Assembly: GCA_963827275.1 (NCBI GenBank)
Contig: CAWHAA010000006.1
Location: 192,001-256,000 of the forward strand
From: an uncultured Spirochaetota bacterium
GTDB lineage: Bacteria; Spirochaetota; UBA4802; UBA5550
Reading direction: 5' to 3'
Length of the DNA stretch: 64,000 nucleotides
The position numbers were made by a program, and so were the translations under genes. Shown piece by piece: positions 49,713 through 61,681 of the stretch (position 1 is its first letter; each line of letters begins with the position of its first letter). The notes beneath the pieces were generated by a model that worked only from the letters and a program-made list of their open reading frames with translations, searched no databases and was not told the DNA's origin.

Positions 49713-49891
49713 GGGGCCTCCGTTGCTTATTCAGAAAATCAATTTTGTACGATTGTCAATGAATTAATTAACTCCGGGGAAACCGGGTGCAGACAGTTAG
49801 TTTATATTGACTTTTTTTCAACGATGGATAGTATTGCACTACCAGGGGCGTCATAGCCAATGGCCATGAATCCATGCAACGGGGACCCCGG

Positions 49892-51125
49892 ATGCTGCAG
49901 CTCTATAACACAATGACCCGCTCCAAGGAAGCTCTTCAGACCGCGGGACAAAAAACAGGTAACCATTTTTACCTGCGGGCCCTCGGTATACCGAAGGCCC
50001 CATATCGGCAATTACCGGACGTTCATTTATGAGGATATCCTCGTCAAATACCTTGAGTACAAGGGGTACCGCGTCAAACGCGCGCTGCCCCTGACCGACA
50101 TTGAGGACAAAACGATCCTTGAAGCGATAAAGAAAAATAAAAAAATCGATGAAATAACCGGAAGCGTTGAAAAAATATTTTTTTCCGAGGCCAGGTCACT
50201 CAATATTCGCCTCCCCGACAAAACAGATCGGGCCTCTGAATGCATTGAACCGGCAGCGCTTATCATACAGAAACTCATGGATGACGGTCACGCGTACCGA
50301 TATAAAGGGGACATTTTCTTCGATCCTCTCACATACGATGGTTTCGGTAAATTGTACCGTCTGGACACCAGGCGGTGGCCGAAAAAAAAGGTACGGTTCA
50401 AGCGGGACACCTACAACGGCAACCGCTGGAACCTGGGCGACTTCATCCTCTGGCATGGCTACCGCGATGGGGACATCTCGTGGTGGGACACCATCATAGG
50501 GAAGGGGCGCCCTTCGTGGAACATACAGGACCCCGCAGTGGCGGTCCGGCGCCTCGGCGGAGCGATCGACATTAATTGCGGCGGCATAGATAACATGTAC
50601 CGGCACCATGACTACAACATAGCGATCATCGAATCATACACCGGCAAAACCTACGCGAACTACTACCTGCACGGTGAGCACCTCGTTGTCGACGGCAAAC
50701 CGATGTCGAAGAGCAGGGGGAACATCCTGTACCCCGCCGATATTTACTGCGGCGGATGCACCGCGCGCGACCTGCGCTTTTTCCTTTTTTACGGACACTA
50801 CCGCGCCAGGCTCAATTTTACCAGGGACCGCTTTAAAAGAACGTGCGCCATGATTGGAGAGTTCCGGGCGCGCGCGCGGCAACTCGTCAGGCACCCGGGT
50901 TCAACGGGAAAACAGGACCGCCGGGTGATATCCCTCGTACGCCGGCTCGGGCGGGAATTTGAACGCTCGATGGATGACGACCTGAACACCGGGGCGGCGT
51001 TCGATGCAATGAGCGGCGTTTTAAAGGAACTGCAGACGCTGCGCAGTTTCATGACGCCGGGGGACGCTCGCGACCTTGCGTCAATGCTGAAGCGCATCGA
51101 TACGGTATTGGGAGCGATAGGATAA
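49892..51125 (+). CDS. Cysteinyl-tRNA-synthetase paralog, C-terminally truncated with altered Zn site; +1 frameshift near 49929
   Basis: Joined: MLQLYNTMTRSKE/LFRP...TCGPSVY..PHIGN...TDIEDK...GDFILW...GRPSWNIQD...GGIDNMYRHHDYN...PMSKSRGN...HYR...MDDDLNT, ending VLGAIG. Confidence 0.85.
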
Positions 51126-51130
51126 CGACT

Positions 51131-52018
51131 ATGGCCCCCATACTTGAAGTCAGGAATCTGAAAAAATATTACCCGGAAGTAAAGGCGGTAGACGGCGTGA
51201 GCTTCTCTCTCGAACAGGGCACCTGTTTCGGGCTCCTGGGCCCGAACGGCGCCGGGAAGACCACCGCTATCGAGGTCATAGAGGGCATACTCAAGCCGAC
51301 GTACGGCGAGGTTTTTTATAAAGGAAGGCCGCGCGGCGCCACGTTTAAAAACGAGGTGGGGATCCAGTTCCAGAACACCGAGCTGCCGCAGTACCTGACG
51401 GTCAGGGAAACGCTGGTGAACGTTCAGGAACCTCTATGACCGCATGGCGGACATGGCGTACCTTGTCGAGACATGCCGTCTCGGATGAGATCCTCGATCG
51501 CGACAACCGCAAGATATCCGGCGGCCAGCGGCAGCGGCTCCTCCTCGCCATGGCGCTCTCGAACGACCCGGAGCTCATATTCCTTGACGAGCCGACCACC
51601 GGCCTTGACCCGCAGGCGCGCCGCCACCTGTGGGACATCGTCCACGGCATAAAGAAAGCGGGGAAAACCCTCGTGCTGACCACCCATTACATGGAGGAAG
51701 CGGAAATCCTGTGCGACATCATCGGCATAATTGATAACGGAAAAATCATCGCCATGGGGACACCCGCCGGCCTCCTGAACGAGCATTGCGGCGGTTCCAC
51801 AATAAGCATACACCTTGATCTCGATGATGCAACACTCGGGAATTTCCCGTGCAGGTATTTCCGTAAAGTAGGACCGGGTTGAAATACAGACCGATTCGCC
51901 AAGCGAGTGCCTGTACCGGCTGGTCGAGCTCGGCGTCGACCTCTCCACCCTGAACGTGAGGAAGCAGAACCTGGAAGACCTGTTCCTGAAGCTTACCGGC
52001 CATGAACTCAGGGCATGA
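51131..52018 (+). CDS. ABC-2 type exporter ATP-binding subunit; three +1 frameshifts (about 51416, 51483, 51869)
   Basis: GPNGAGKT, ISGGQRQR, FLDEPTTGLDP, TTHYMEEA; restored C-terminus NLEDLFLKLTGHELRA*. Confidence 0.88.
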
Positions 52019-52062
52019 GGCCGTCCGGAAGGCCCGGCTATTGTCTGATACGGAGGGCAGCC

Positions 52063-53097
52063 ATGTTTAAAAGGATACTGTCGCTTTTCAAGGCGCGCAA
52101 CCTCGAGTTCTTCAGGGACCGTTCCGCGTTTGCGTGGAACATACTGTTCCCGCTGCTCGTGATAGTGGGCTTTAGCGTCGTTTTCGGCGATGACCGCCAG
52201 GTCCTTTACAAGGTGGGCCTGGTCAAGCAGGGCCCGGTTGCCAATGCCGCGCATGATCCGCAGTTGAATAATTTCATGAGGACGAAATACGTCGAGTTCG
52301 TTCCGTTCAGCTCGGAAGAGCAGGCCGTTGTCACACTGCTCCATCACCGTATCGATCTCGTCGTAAATCCTGACAAAAAGACATTCTGGACCAGCAAGAC
52401 CTCCCCGAAGGGATACATCGCGGAACGCCTCCTGATTTCAAGTGCCGAGACGCGGCACACCGGCTTCAGGAAGGAGACCGTCTCCGGCACGGAGATACCC
52501 TATATCGAATGGCTGTTCCCCGGCATCCTGGGAATGAACATGATGTTCAGCGCGCTGTTCGGCGTCGGGTATGTCGTGGTGACATACAGGAAGAACGGGG
52601 TGCTGAAGCGCATGAGCGTGACCCCCCTGCGGCCATGGGAGTTCATCACCTCCCAGATCCTTTCGCGCATGTACCTTATCATGATAACGACTGTCGTTGT
52701 TTTTATCGGCTGCAAGCTCCTCTACGGATTCAGCGTCCGGGGCTCCTACCTGTCGCTCCTGCTCGTGGTGTGTCTCGGCGGGTTCAGCATGATCTCGCTT
52801 GCGCTCGTGGTCGCTTCGCGGAGCAGCAGCGAGGAATTTGCCGGCGGCATCCTCAATCTCATCACATGGCCGATGATGTTCCTGTCGGAGGTTTGGTTTT
52901 CTCTTGAAGGGGCGGAGCCCTGGGTGCGGAGCGTCTCCCGTTTCTTTCCGCTCACACACCTCATAGAGGCATCGCGCAAAATCATGAACGACGGCGCGGG
53001 CCTCGGGGACGTGGGCATCAATATTGCCGTACTCACGGCAATGTCGCTGCTGTTCATTGTCTCGGGGTCGCTGCTGTTCACGTGGCAGAAAAAATAA
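52063..53097 (+). CDS. ABC-2 type exporter permease
   Basis: EFFRDR.A..W, YIEWLFPGILGMN.MFS, RKNGVLKR...TP, PLTH. Confidence 0.92.
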   Translation: MFKRILSLFKARNLEFFRDRSAFAWNILFPLLVIVGFSVVFGDDRQVLYKVGLVKQGPVANAAHDPQLNNFMRTKYVEFVPFSSEEQAVVTLLHHRIDLVVNPDKKTFWTSKTSPKGYIAERLLISSAETRHTGFRKETVSGTEIPYIEWLFPGILGMNMMFSALFGVGYVVVTYRKNGVLKRMSVTPLRPWEFITSQILSRMYLIMITTVVVFIGCKLLYGFSVRGSYLSLLLVVCLGGFSMISLALVVASRSSSEEFAGGILNLITWPMMFLSEVWFSLEGAEPWVRSVSRFFPLTHLIEASRKIMNDGAGLGDVGINIAVLTAMSLLFIVSGSLLFTWQKK

Positions 53098-53129
53098 CCG
53101 CCCGATGTGCGGTACCGATGGAGGGCACC

Positions 53130-53594
53130 ATGAAGCACGGAACATTTTTATTCATCGTCGCCGGCGTACTCTGTGCGGCACTCGGCGCACCCTTCGGCGG
53201 CACGGCCGCGGGAAGTTCCGATTCCTATGACGAATGCAGCGCCCGCTGCGCGCCGCTCCAGGGAGGGGAGGGCTGGGCCAAATGCATCACCACCTGCGTC
53301 AGGACAAAAAAAAAGAACGAGCCGGTGGGTGAGAGCGAAGTAAAGAAAAAAATGCGCGACTGCGAGGAACGGTGTTCCTCATACACCGGCGTGGACCGGG
53401 TCCGCTGCATCAGGATATGCCTTGACGCAAAAAAGGAACAGCGCCCGGCGAGGATCGTACGGCAACCGGCCGCGACGGTCCCCGATCCCTGCGAGACCAG
53501 GTGCGCGGTGCTTTCAGGGACACTGAAGGACAGGTGCACCGCCCGGTGCAGGAATGACACGAAATTCAACAGGAACGCGGACAGGTCCAGATAG
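53130..53594 (+). CDS. Secreted protein with three CX3C-X10/11-CX3C repeats
   Basis: SD GGAGG; signal peptide; 12 Cys in three modules. Confidence 0.75.
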   Translation: MKHGTFLFIVAGVLCAALGAPFGGTAAGSSDSYDECSARCAPLQGGEGWAKCITTCVRTKKKNEPVGESEVKKKMRDCEERCSSYTGVDRVRCIRICLDAKKEQRPARIVRQPAATVPDPCETRCAVLSGTLKDRCTARCRNDTKFNRNADRSR

Positions 53595-53677
53595 GCAAAA
53601 ATTCGCTCCGCTGTTCATTTTTGTATGGACGCGTAGCCGGGGGCGTACTATATTATAAAATGTCGTAAGGATATGCC

Positions 53678-54262
53678 ATGGCAAGAATTGTACTCGCGAT
53701 TAATCTCCTTGTCGCCACATTGGCGTTCATTACCTGTGAGCGGGAAAATGTTTACGATCTCGCAACGCTTGGATTCTCCCCGAAAACGGCAATCTATGTC
53801 TACCACATCGGCCAGGTTAACGGCGACCTCGATGGAAGGGACACGATCGATCGCATGTGCTTTAACCAGGGACTGCCCTATCACAAAACCCTTGATGCAA
53901 GCACCGTCAAGGCCCTTGTCAGCATGGACAGTTTCGATCAACTTCGTCTTGTCGTCCCTCCCGCATTCTGGGGCTACCCGGTCATCGGCATTTCAAACAC
54001 CCTGGCAACGACTCTCATCGCAACTTCCTGGTCAGGCATGGTCAGCGGATATTATGAAAACAGCATCGATGTCGCGCTCGGCATAGGGGGTATGAACTGG
54101 TGGTCCGGCAGCCTGGCGGACGGCAGCTTCGATACGACCTACAACTGCCTGAACTGGAGCACGTCTGATCCCCTGCAGTCCGGCCAGGTCGGCACAAATA
54201 CCTTGAGCACGACCCAGATCACCTGTGACATTCCGGCTTACCTTCTCTGTATCGCATATTGA
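53678..54262 (+). CDS. DUF1554/Len-like (endostatin-like) lipoprotein
   Basis: Lipobox-like FITC; NGDL.G...D.MC, WWSGS..DG, NC.NWS, C.....LLC. Confidence 0.7.
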   Translation: MARIVLAINLLVATLAFITCERENVYDLATLGFSPKTAIYVYHIGQVNGDLDGRDTIDRMCFNQGLPYHKTLDASTVKALVSMDSFDQLRLVVPPAFWGYPVIGISNTLATTLIATSWSGMVSGYYENSIDVALGIGGMNWWSGSLADGSFDTTYNCLNWSTSDPLQSGQVGTNTLSTTQITCDIPAYLLCIAY

Positions 54263-54406
54263 TACGTACTGAATCAGCCACACGCACCGCAGCGTCTCTC
54301 TGCCCTCATATCACGAATTATTCAAATTTTGCTTGATATAAATCGTATTGATCTGTTAAATAGCTGTTTTATATACACAGTTGAGAGGCTTTTCGCGCAA
54401 GGGTGA

Positions 54407-56132
<1,726 letters not shown>

Positions 56133-56186
56133 CCGATGCGATCTGCGCCGGAATAAAATACGATTATCCGTGATGGTTCAACCAGG

Positions 56187-56831
56187 ATGAAAACCGAGAT
56201 TTTTATAGTAAAAAAGCTGAAAAAAGACGGTACCATCGACGCCTCAGTAATACGGCGTCTTTCCGACGACCTCAAGGATGGTCGAATCGTCTTCATGCCC
56301 GTCGATATGATTTACGGGCTCGTTTCACTCGACAACCCGCAATGCCGTGAATCAGTCGGGAAGATGACCGGTGAAACCGAAGACACGCTCGTCCGCATGG
56401 TATCATCCTTCAAGATGCTTGATGAGGTGGCCACCATCGACAAGCTGGCCTTCGACTTTCTCCATCGGATCTGGCCCGGCGAATTGATCGTCTATGTGCA
56501 GAATCTCCGGAAAAAAGGGGGCTCGATATCAGCGAGGATGCCCAAGAGCAGGTACCAGCAGGATATCATTGAGCATGTAGGGAAACCCCTTGTCTATGGT
56601 TCATACCCGGCGACCGGGCAGCCCCCCATATTCGCAAAGAAGGACATCATAAAGGCCTTCGACGGGAAGGTCGGCAGCATCCTCATCATAGAAGAATTCT
56701 GCAAGGAACACACCCTCCCTTCCGTTGTTGACATCAGCACAGGCACGCTGAATATCATTCACGAAGGGAAAATATCAGCGGAAGAGATAAAGTCTTTGTA
56801 TTTTCTGGGTAAGGATGACCAGGGTCTTTGA
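56187..56831 (+). CDS. Sua5/YrdC (TsaC)-fold protein, degenerate
   Basis: G.IV.MP.D.IYGL, WPG.L, R.P, PSVVD, EG.I; KxR and SAN motifs absent. Confidence 0.7.
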   Translation: MKTEIFIVKKLKKDGTIDASVIRRLSDDLKDGRIVFMPVDMIYGLVSLDNPQCRESVGKMTGETEDTLVRMVSSFKMLDEVATIDKLAFDFLHRIWPGELIVYVQNLRKKGGSISARMPKSRYQQDIIEHVGKPLVYGSYPATGQPPIFAKKDIIKAFDGKVGSILIIEEFCKEHTLPSVVDISTGTLNIIHEGKISAEEIKSLYFLGKDDQGL

Positions 56832-59678
56832 GCTTTCGTCGAGCAATAACGGTGTTGTTCTTCCTTCTTCTGCCGTATTTTTCACCCCACCCGACGGCGC
56901 AGGGCGCCCTCCCGTTTGAATCGCCCCCCCGGGAAATCCTCTCAACCGTGCATTTTGATATTTACTTTCCCGACGGCATGGAAACACTCGCGATGCGTAC
57001 CGCGCAGATCGCGGAAAGCGCGTATATCCGGGTCTCAAGCTACCTGCAGCATGACATTGCGGGGGTGATCCCGATCTTCCTCGCGTCTCCCGGCGGCGGT
57101 GACCATGCCTGCCATTTTATACACCGGCTGCCGGCCGTCCGGGGAGCTGCCGGAGGCAGATATTCCGCTTATCCGATTCACGCCGAATTTGACGGTTCAT
57201 ACTCCGGCTACCGGCGCAGGTTGACCCATGCAATGGTCCACTCGTTTCAACTGGATATACTGGCTGACGGCGGTAAAACGGTCCCGCTGCTCTCGTCTCT
57301 CCGCCTGCCGCTCTGGATAGCGGAGGGTATGGCTGAATATATTGCCGGCGGGGGCGAACAACCCTGCAGCCAAGTCATCCAATACTGCATGAAAAAAAAC
57401 CAATATGCACGCCTGAAATATAGTGACGGCTCGTATTTCAACCATCCTCTTATATATCGTGCGGCAGGGTACTCTTTTTGTTCATTCATTGAACAACGTT
57501 ACGGTAAAGAACTGTTCAGCGGGATGATACGGGATTTTCGCGACCTGGGCTACATGGATGATGTCATACGCGCCGGTACCGGCAAGAGCATGGAAGAGGT
57601 CGATGAAGAATGGGTTGAATTCATGCGATCAGCCGTCCATGATCAGGGTAGTTCCCTGACCGGGTCCGGCGTTTCATATATAGCACGAGAAGAGTCGGCA
57701 ATGAAGCATCTGGTTGCAGCCGTGTCACCTGACGGGACCATGATCGCCTACATGTCTGAGAAGGACGGTTTACCCGTGTTAAAGGTCGCCAGGTATGGCC
57801 GGGGAGTAGCGGTCGGGGGGCGTAGTGCCGCTACTCTCATCGATACTGGCGGGTGTGTCCCGCCCGTTCCGATCCGGGCTTCCGGGAATTCCCCTGCATG
57901 GTCGAATGATGGGCGGACTATTATAATGCCTTCAGGCCGCGGAATAGAAAGCGGCCTGCTGTTTGCTGATGCGGGATCGGGTCGTATCACGTCAAGGATA
58001 CCGCTGCCGTTCGCTGCGGTGCTGAATCCGTCTGTTTCGCGCAACGGACGGTACATTGCCTTTTCCGGCGTTGCCGGCTCCGCCGAGGACCTCTATCTCT
58101 ATGACAGGTCTGACGGCACGCTCGTGCGCCTTTCCGACGACAGCTTCTCCGACCGGTGTCCCGTTTTCATGCCCGATGGGAAAAGCGTGGTGTTTGCCTC
58201 AAACTGGAACAGGGAAGGTGATATTTTCCGCGGCAACTATTCACTATACCTCATTGATATTGCGACCGGGACACGCACGAAACTCGCCGGCGGTGAGAGT
58301 ATGAGCGCAATACAGCCGGACATTTCCCCCGATGGCAAGAAAATGCTCTATGTCAGCGATGCAAGCGGAACAAACAATGTCTGGCTGTATGATTTCACCA
58401 CAAAAAGACACGCGCGATTAACCGACAGCGCCGGCGGTGCGTATTATCCCCGGTGGCTCCCCGACGGCAGGCGGTTCGTTGTTTCTGTCTACCGGGACCA
58501 CGGGTTTGAACTGCGCATGAATGAAATCGGCACTGCCGTGATCCCGGGCAATGACATGCCGTCCATCAGGTCGTAACGAACCGGCGTTTCCTGCCGCGTA
58601 CGTACCGCTCTCCGGGGACCTCTTCCGGCGGTACGGCGACGGCATCAGGCCGGAGCATCTCAGGATCAACGCCGAGGGCTCAACCGGCGGCTCCTCGGTG
58701 TACGCGCGCCTCGACCTGTCAGACATGCTTTCACGTCATCGCCTCAGGCTTGCATCGAACTACATGCGCGAGTCGAAACAGGATGACCTCAGCGCCGGCC
58801 TTTCGTATCGTTACGCGGCTGGCGCATGGGACCTCGGCTGCGGTATTTTCAGGCAGGCCGGGCCCCTTGACGCCATGTCGCTCGAGACGGGGAACGGCCC
58901 GGCCGAACAGCCCGGTGCCGGGCGTAACGCCGGTAGCGCCCCTTATTACGGCGGAGCCCTGGGTTTTTCTTATACCTTCTTTCGCCATGTCACCTTCGCA
59001 ATCAGGATTGAAGCGGGAGGACATCAACAACGGTTCAAAGAATATGAAATGCGGAAAGACCATGCTGCCGGCCTTGGCAAGCTGACCGCTTCGCTCGAAT
59101 ATGACTCCCTGCTCAGGGGCGCGATGGTCCCGGTCAGGGGACTCTGGTGCCGTATCAACGCCGAGCAGACCATCGGCCTGGACCGTGGAAACACCTTCAC
59201 CGGCCTCGCGGCCGACATCCGGTACTACGCGCATCCGGACAAGCACTGCATCGTGATGCTCCGCGGGGCAGGGGGCACCAGGATCGGAAGCGCAATGGGG
59301 GATATCACATACCATATAGGCGGCTATGCCAGCCTGAGGGGCTTCGATCTTCTCAGCCTGAGCGGCAACAACATGTTTTTCTTCAACGCGGAGCTGTGGC
59401 TGACCCCCGGGGACTGGAGATTATTCGGTATGCCGCTATCGGGTCCCTCCGGCTCTATCGGATTTGTCCTGTTCATCGACGCAGGCGCCGCCTGGACAGG
59501 CTCTTTTTCCCTGCTCGATAAGAGCGGGAGGTTTGATGACTTAAAAATTGATTTTGGATTCGGTATTCGTGCAGCAATATCACCTGTTTTATTTTTAAAA
59601 CTTGACTTTGCCTGCCCCTTTGATAAAAAGTCGTTCAAAGAAAATAAAATTCTGTTCAGCATGGGCTTCGATTACTAG
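56828..59678 (+). CDS. Peptidase-MA-like + PD40/TolB beta-propeller + Omp85/BamA-type barrel protein; apparent +1 frameshift near 58570
   Basis: T.HFDIYF, HAMVH...W..EGMAEY, multiple SPDG/P.W.PDG repeats; C-terminal ORF 58551..59678 has GG..SLRGF, F.DAG.AW, GFGIR and ends FSMGFDY. Confidence 0.75.
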
Positions 59679-59763
59679 GAATGATCCGATGCGGCATTGT
59701 ATCTAACGAACCGTGAAGCAGTATGCCGATAATAAAAAGAAAGCACAACCAGGCGGTTTGAGA

Positions 59764-60354
59764 ATGGAACGAAAAGGTACTGTCACCAGGAAGACCAAAG
59801 AGACTGACATAACAGCCGAAGTAATCCTCGACAGCATACAGAAATCCGAGATCGAGAGCGGCGTCCCCTTCTTTGACCACATGCTGGAAGCCATGTCGAA
59901 GCATGGCAGGATCCGTATGAAACTCCATTGCGCCGGCGACCGTGAAATTGACGACCACCATTCAGTTGAAGACATCGGTATCGTGCTGGGCCAGGCGGTA
60001 AAACAGGCACTTGGCGACAAGTCGGGCATCACCCGGTTCGGCGATGTAACAATTCCCATGGATGACGCTCTTACCATGGTGGCGGTGGACCTTTCCGGGC
60101 GCCCGTATTACAAATATACCGGGCCCCGTCTTGCGGGTGCGGTCGGCTCATACGACGAGGAACTTACCGATGAATTTTTACGGGCATTTGCGATGAACGC
60201 GGGGGTCAACCTGCACGTAACGGTGTTCTACGGCCAGAACAAGCACCATGTCCATGAAACCATATTCAAGGCGCTGGGCCTTGCGCTCTGCAGGGCCGCC
60301 TCAATTGATCCGGCCCTGAAAGGCGCGGTGCCGTCAACAAAAGGGACGATATGA
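59764..60354 (+). CDS. hisB: Imidazoleglycerol-phosphate dehydratase
   Basis: RKTKETDI, FFDHML, DDHHSVED, PMDD, N.HH..E..FKA, PSTKG. Confidence 0.97.
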   Translation: MERKGTVTRKTKETDITAEVILDSIQKSEIESGVPFFDHMLEAMSKHGRIRMKLHCAGDREIDDHHSVEDIGIVLGQAVKQALGDKSGITRFGDVTIPMDDALTMVAVDLSGRPYYKYTGPRLAGAVGSYDEELTDEFLRAFAMNAGVNLHVTVFYGQNKHHVHETIFKALGLALCRAASIDPALKGAVPSTKGTI

Positions 60355-60959
60355 TTACTGTCATTGATTACGGGATGGGCAACCTGCGGTCGGTCGCCAA
60401 GGCGGTCGAGAAGTATACCGATGAGGTGGCCATTTCTGACGATCCATCTTCAATTGATGGATCGGACGGGCTTATAATGCCCGGTGACGGCGCGTTCGGC
60501 ATGGCGATGCAAAACCTTACAGAACGCGGATGGATAGAACCGATACATGACTTTATCAGCAACGGCGGCCATTTTTTCGGCATCTGCCTCGGCTTCCAGC
60601 TCCTTTTTTCAGAAAGTGATGAATTCGGCTCGCACCGCGGCCTTGACATCATCCCGGGCTCAGTCGTCCGTTTTAAGCCGGGCAGCCTCAAGGTGCCGCA
60701 CATGGGCTGGAACACGGTCGAGTTGGAACATGAAGCGCCGTGCCTTGCCGGCGTCCCGTCGGGGAGCTATTTTTATTTCATTCACTCCTATTACCCGCAA
60801 GTGCGCGACCTGAGCTGGGTCATAGGTGAGGTTGAGTATGGCGATCGTTTTCCCTGCATCGTGGGAAAGGGCAACGTGATCGCGACACAGTTCCATCCCG
60901 AGAAGAGCCATACAACAGGCCTCAGGATCATTGAAAATTTCGTGAGAACGGTATGCTGA
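60351..60959 (+). CDS. hisH: Imidazole glycerol phosphate synthase, glutaminase subunit
   Basis: DYGMGNL.SV, GICLG.Q, PHMGWN, QFHPEKS. Confidence 0.97.
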   Translation: MITVIDYGMGNLRSVAKAVEKYTDEVAISDDPSSIDGSDGLIMPGDGAFGMAMQNLTERGWIEPIHDFISNGGHFFGICLGFQLLFSESDEFGSHRGLDIIPGSVVRFKPGSLKVPHMGWNTVELEHEAPCLAGVPSGSYFYFIHSYYPQVRDLSWVIGEVEYGDRFPCIVGKGNVIATQFHPEKSHTTGLRIIENFVRTVC

Positions 60960-61672
60960 TCATCCCTGCCATTGATATCCGCGGCGGCAACTGCGTGCGG
61001 CTCCTCCAGGGCGACCCTGACCGCCAGACCGTGTATTCAGCCGATCCGGTCGATATGGCAAAACGCTTTCAGGACGCGGGTGCGAAACTGATCCACGTGG
61101 TGGACCTTGACGGCGCGTTTTCAGGCGCACCGGTGAACCATGCCATCATAACCGCCATGGCGGGGTCCGTATCAGTTCCGATCGAGGTGGGCGGCGGCAT
61201 ACGGAGCGAGGAAAGCATACGCAGGTACGCGGACAGCGGCATCCGGCGTATCATCGCCGGCACCGTTCTGCTCGGCGATTCGTTCAGGGGCAGCATCGAG
61301 CGCTACAAGGACCTGATCATCGCAGGGATCGACGCGAAAAACTCGATGGTGGCCACGCATGGCTGGAAGAAGGTTTCGGATATGCGGGCGACGGACATGA
61401 TCCGGCATTACCATGGCATGGGGATACGCGAATTCATATACACGGATATCGCCACTGACGGCATGCTGACCGGCCCGAACCTGGCCGCAATCACGGACAT
61501 ATTGACCGAGGTCCCCGGCATCGACCTCATCGCCTCGGGTGGGATATCGTCACTGGACGACATCGACCGCCTCACGCGGATAGCGGTGAAAGGCGTAAAG
61601 GGGTGCATCACCGGCAAGGCCATCTACGACGGCAGAATTGAACTTAAGGAAGCAATTGCCCGTTTCGGGTAA
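60953..61672 (+). CDS. hisA: ProFAR isomerase
   Basis: IPAIDI..G.CVRL.QG, HVVDLDGA, GGGIR, TDI..DGML.GPN, ASGG. Confidence 0.97.
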   Translation: MLIIPAIDIRGGNCVRLLQGDPDRQTVYSADPVDMAKRFQDAGAKLIHVVDLDGAFSGAPVNHAIITAMAGSVSVPIEVGGGIRSEESIRRYADSGIRRIIAGTVLLGDSFRGSIERYKDLIIAGIDAKNSMVATHGWKKVSDMRATDMIRHYHGMGIREFIYTDIATDGMLTGPNLAAITDILTEVPGIDLIASGGISSLDDIDRLTRIAVKGVKGCITGKAIYDGRIELKEAIARFG

Positions 61673-61681
61673 GGTGTCAAC

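Noticed and set aside
51410..51885. Selenocysteine readthrough or programmed frameshifting in the ABC ATPase (and other split genes), prompted by yedF
   Set aside because: Homology continues in a different frame rather than through an in-frame TGA, there are no slippery heptamers, and the TGAs are not at Cys-equivalent positions.
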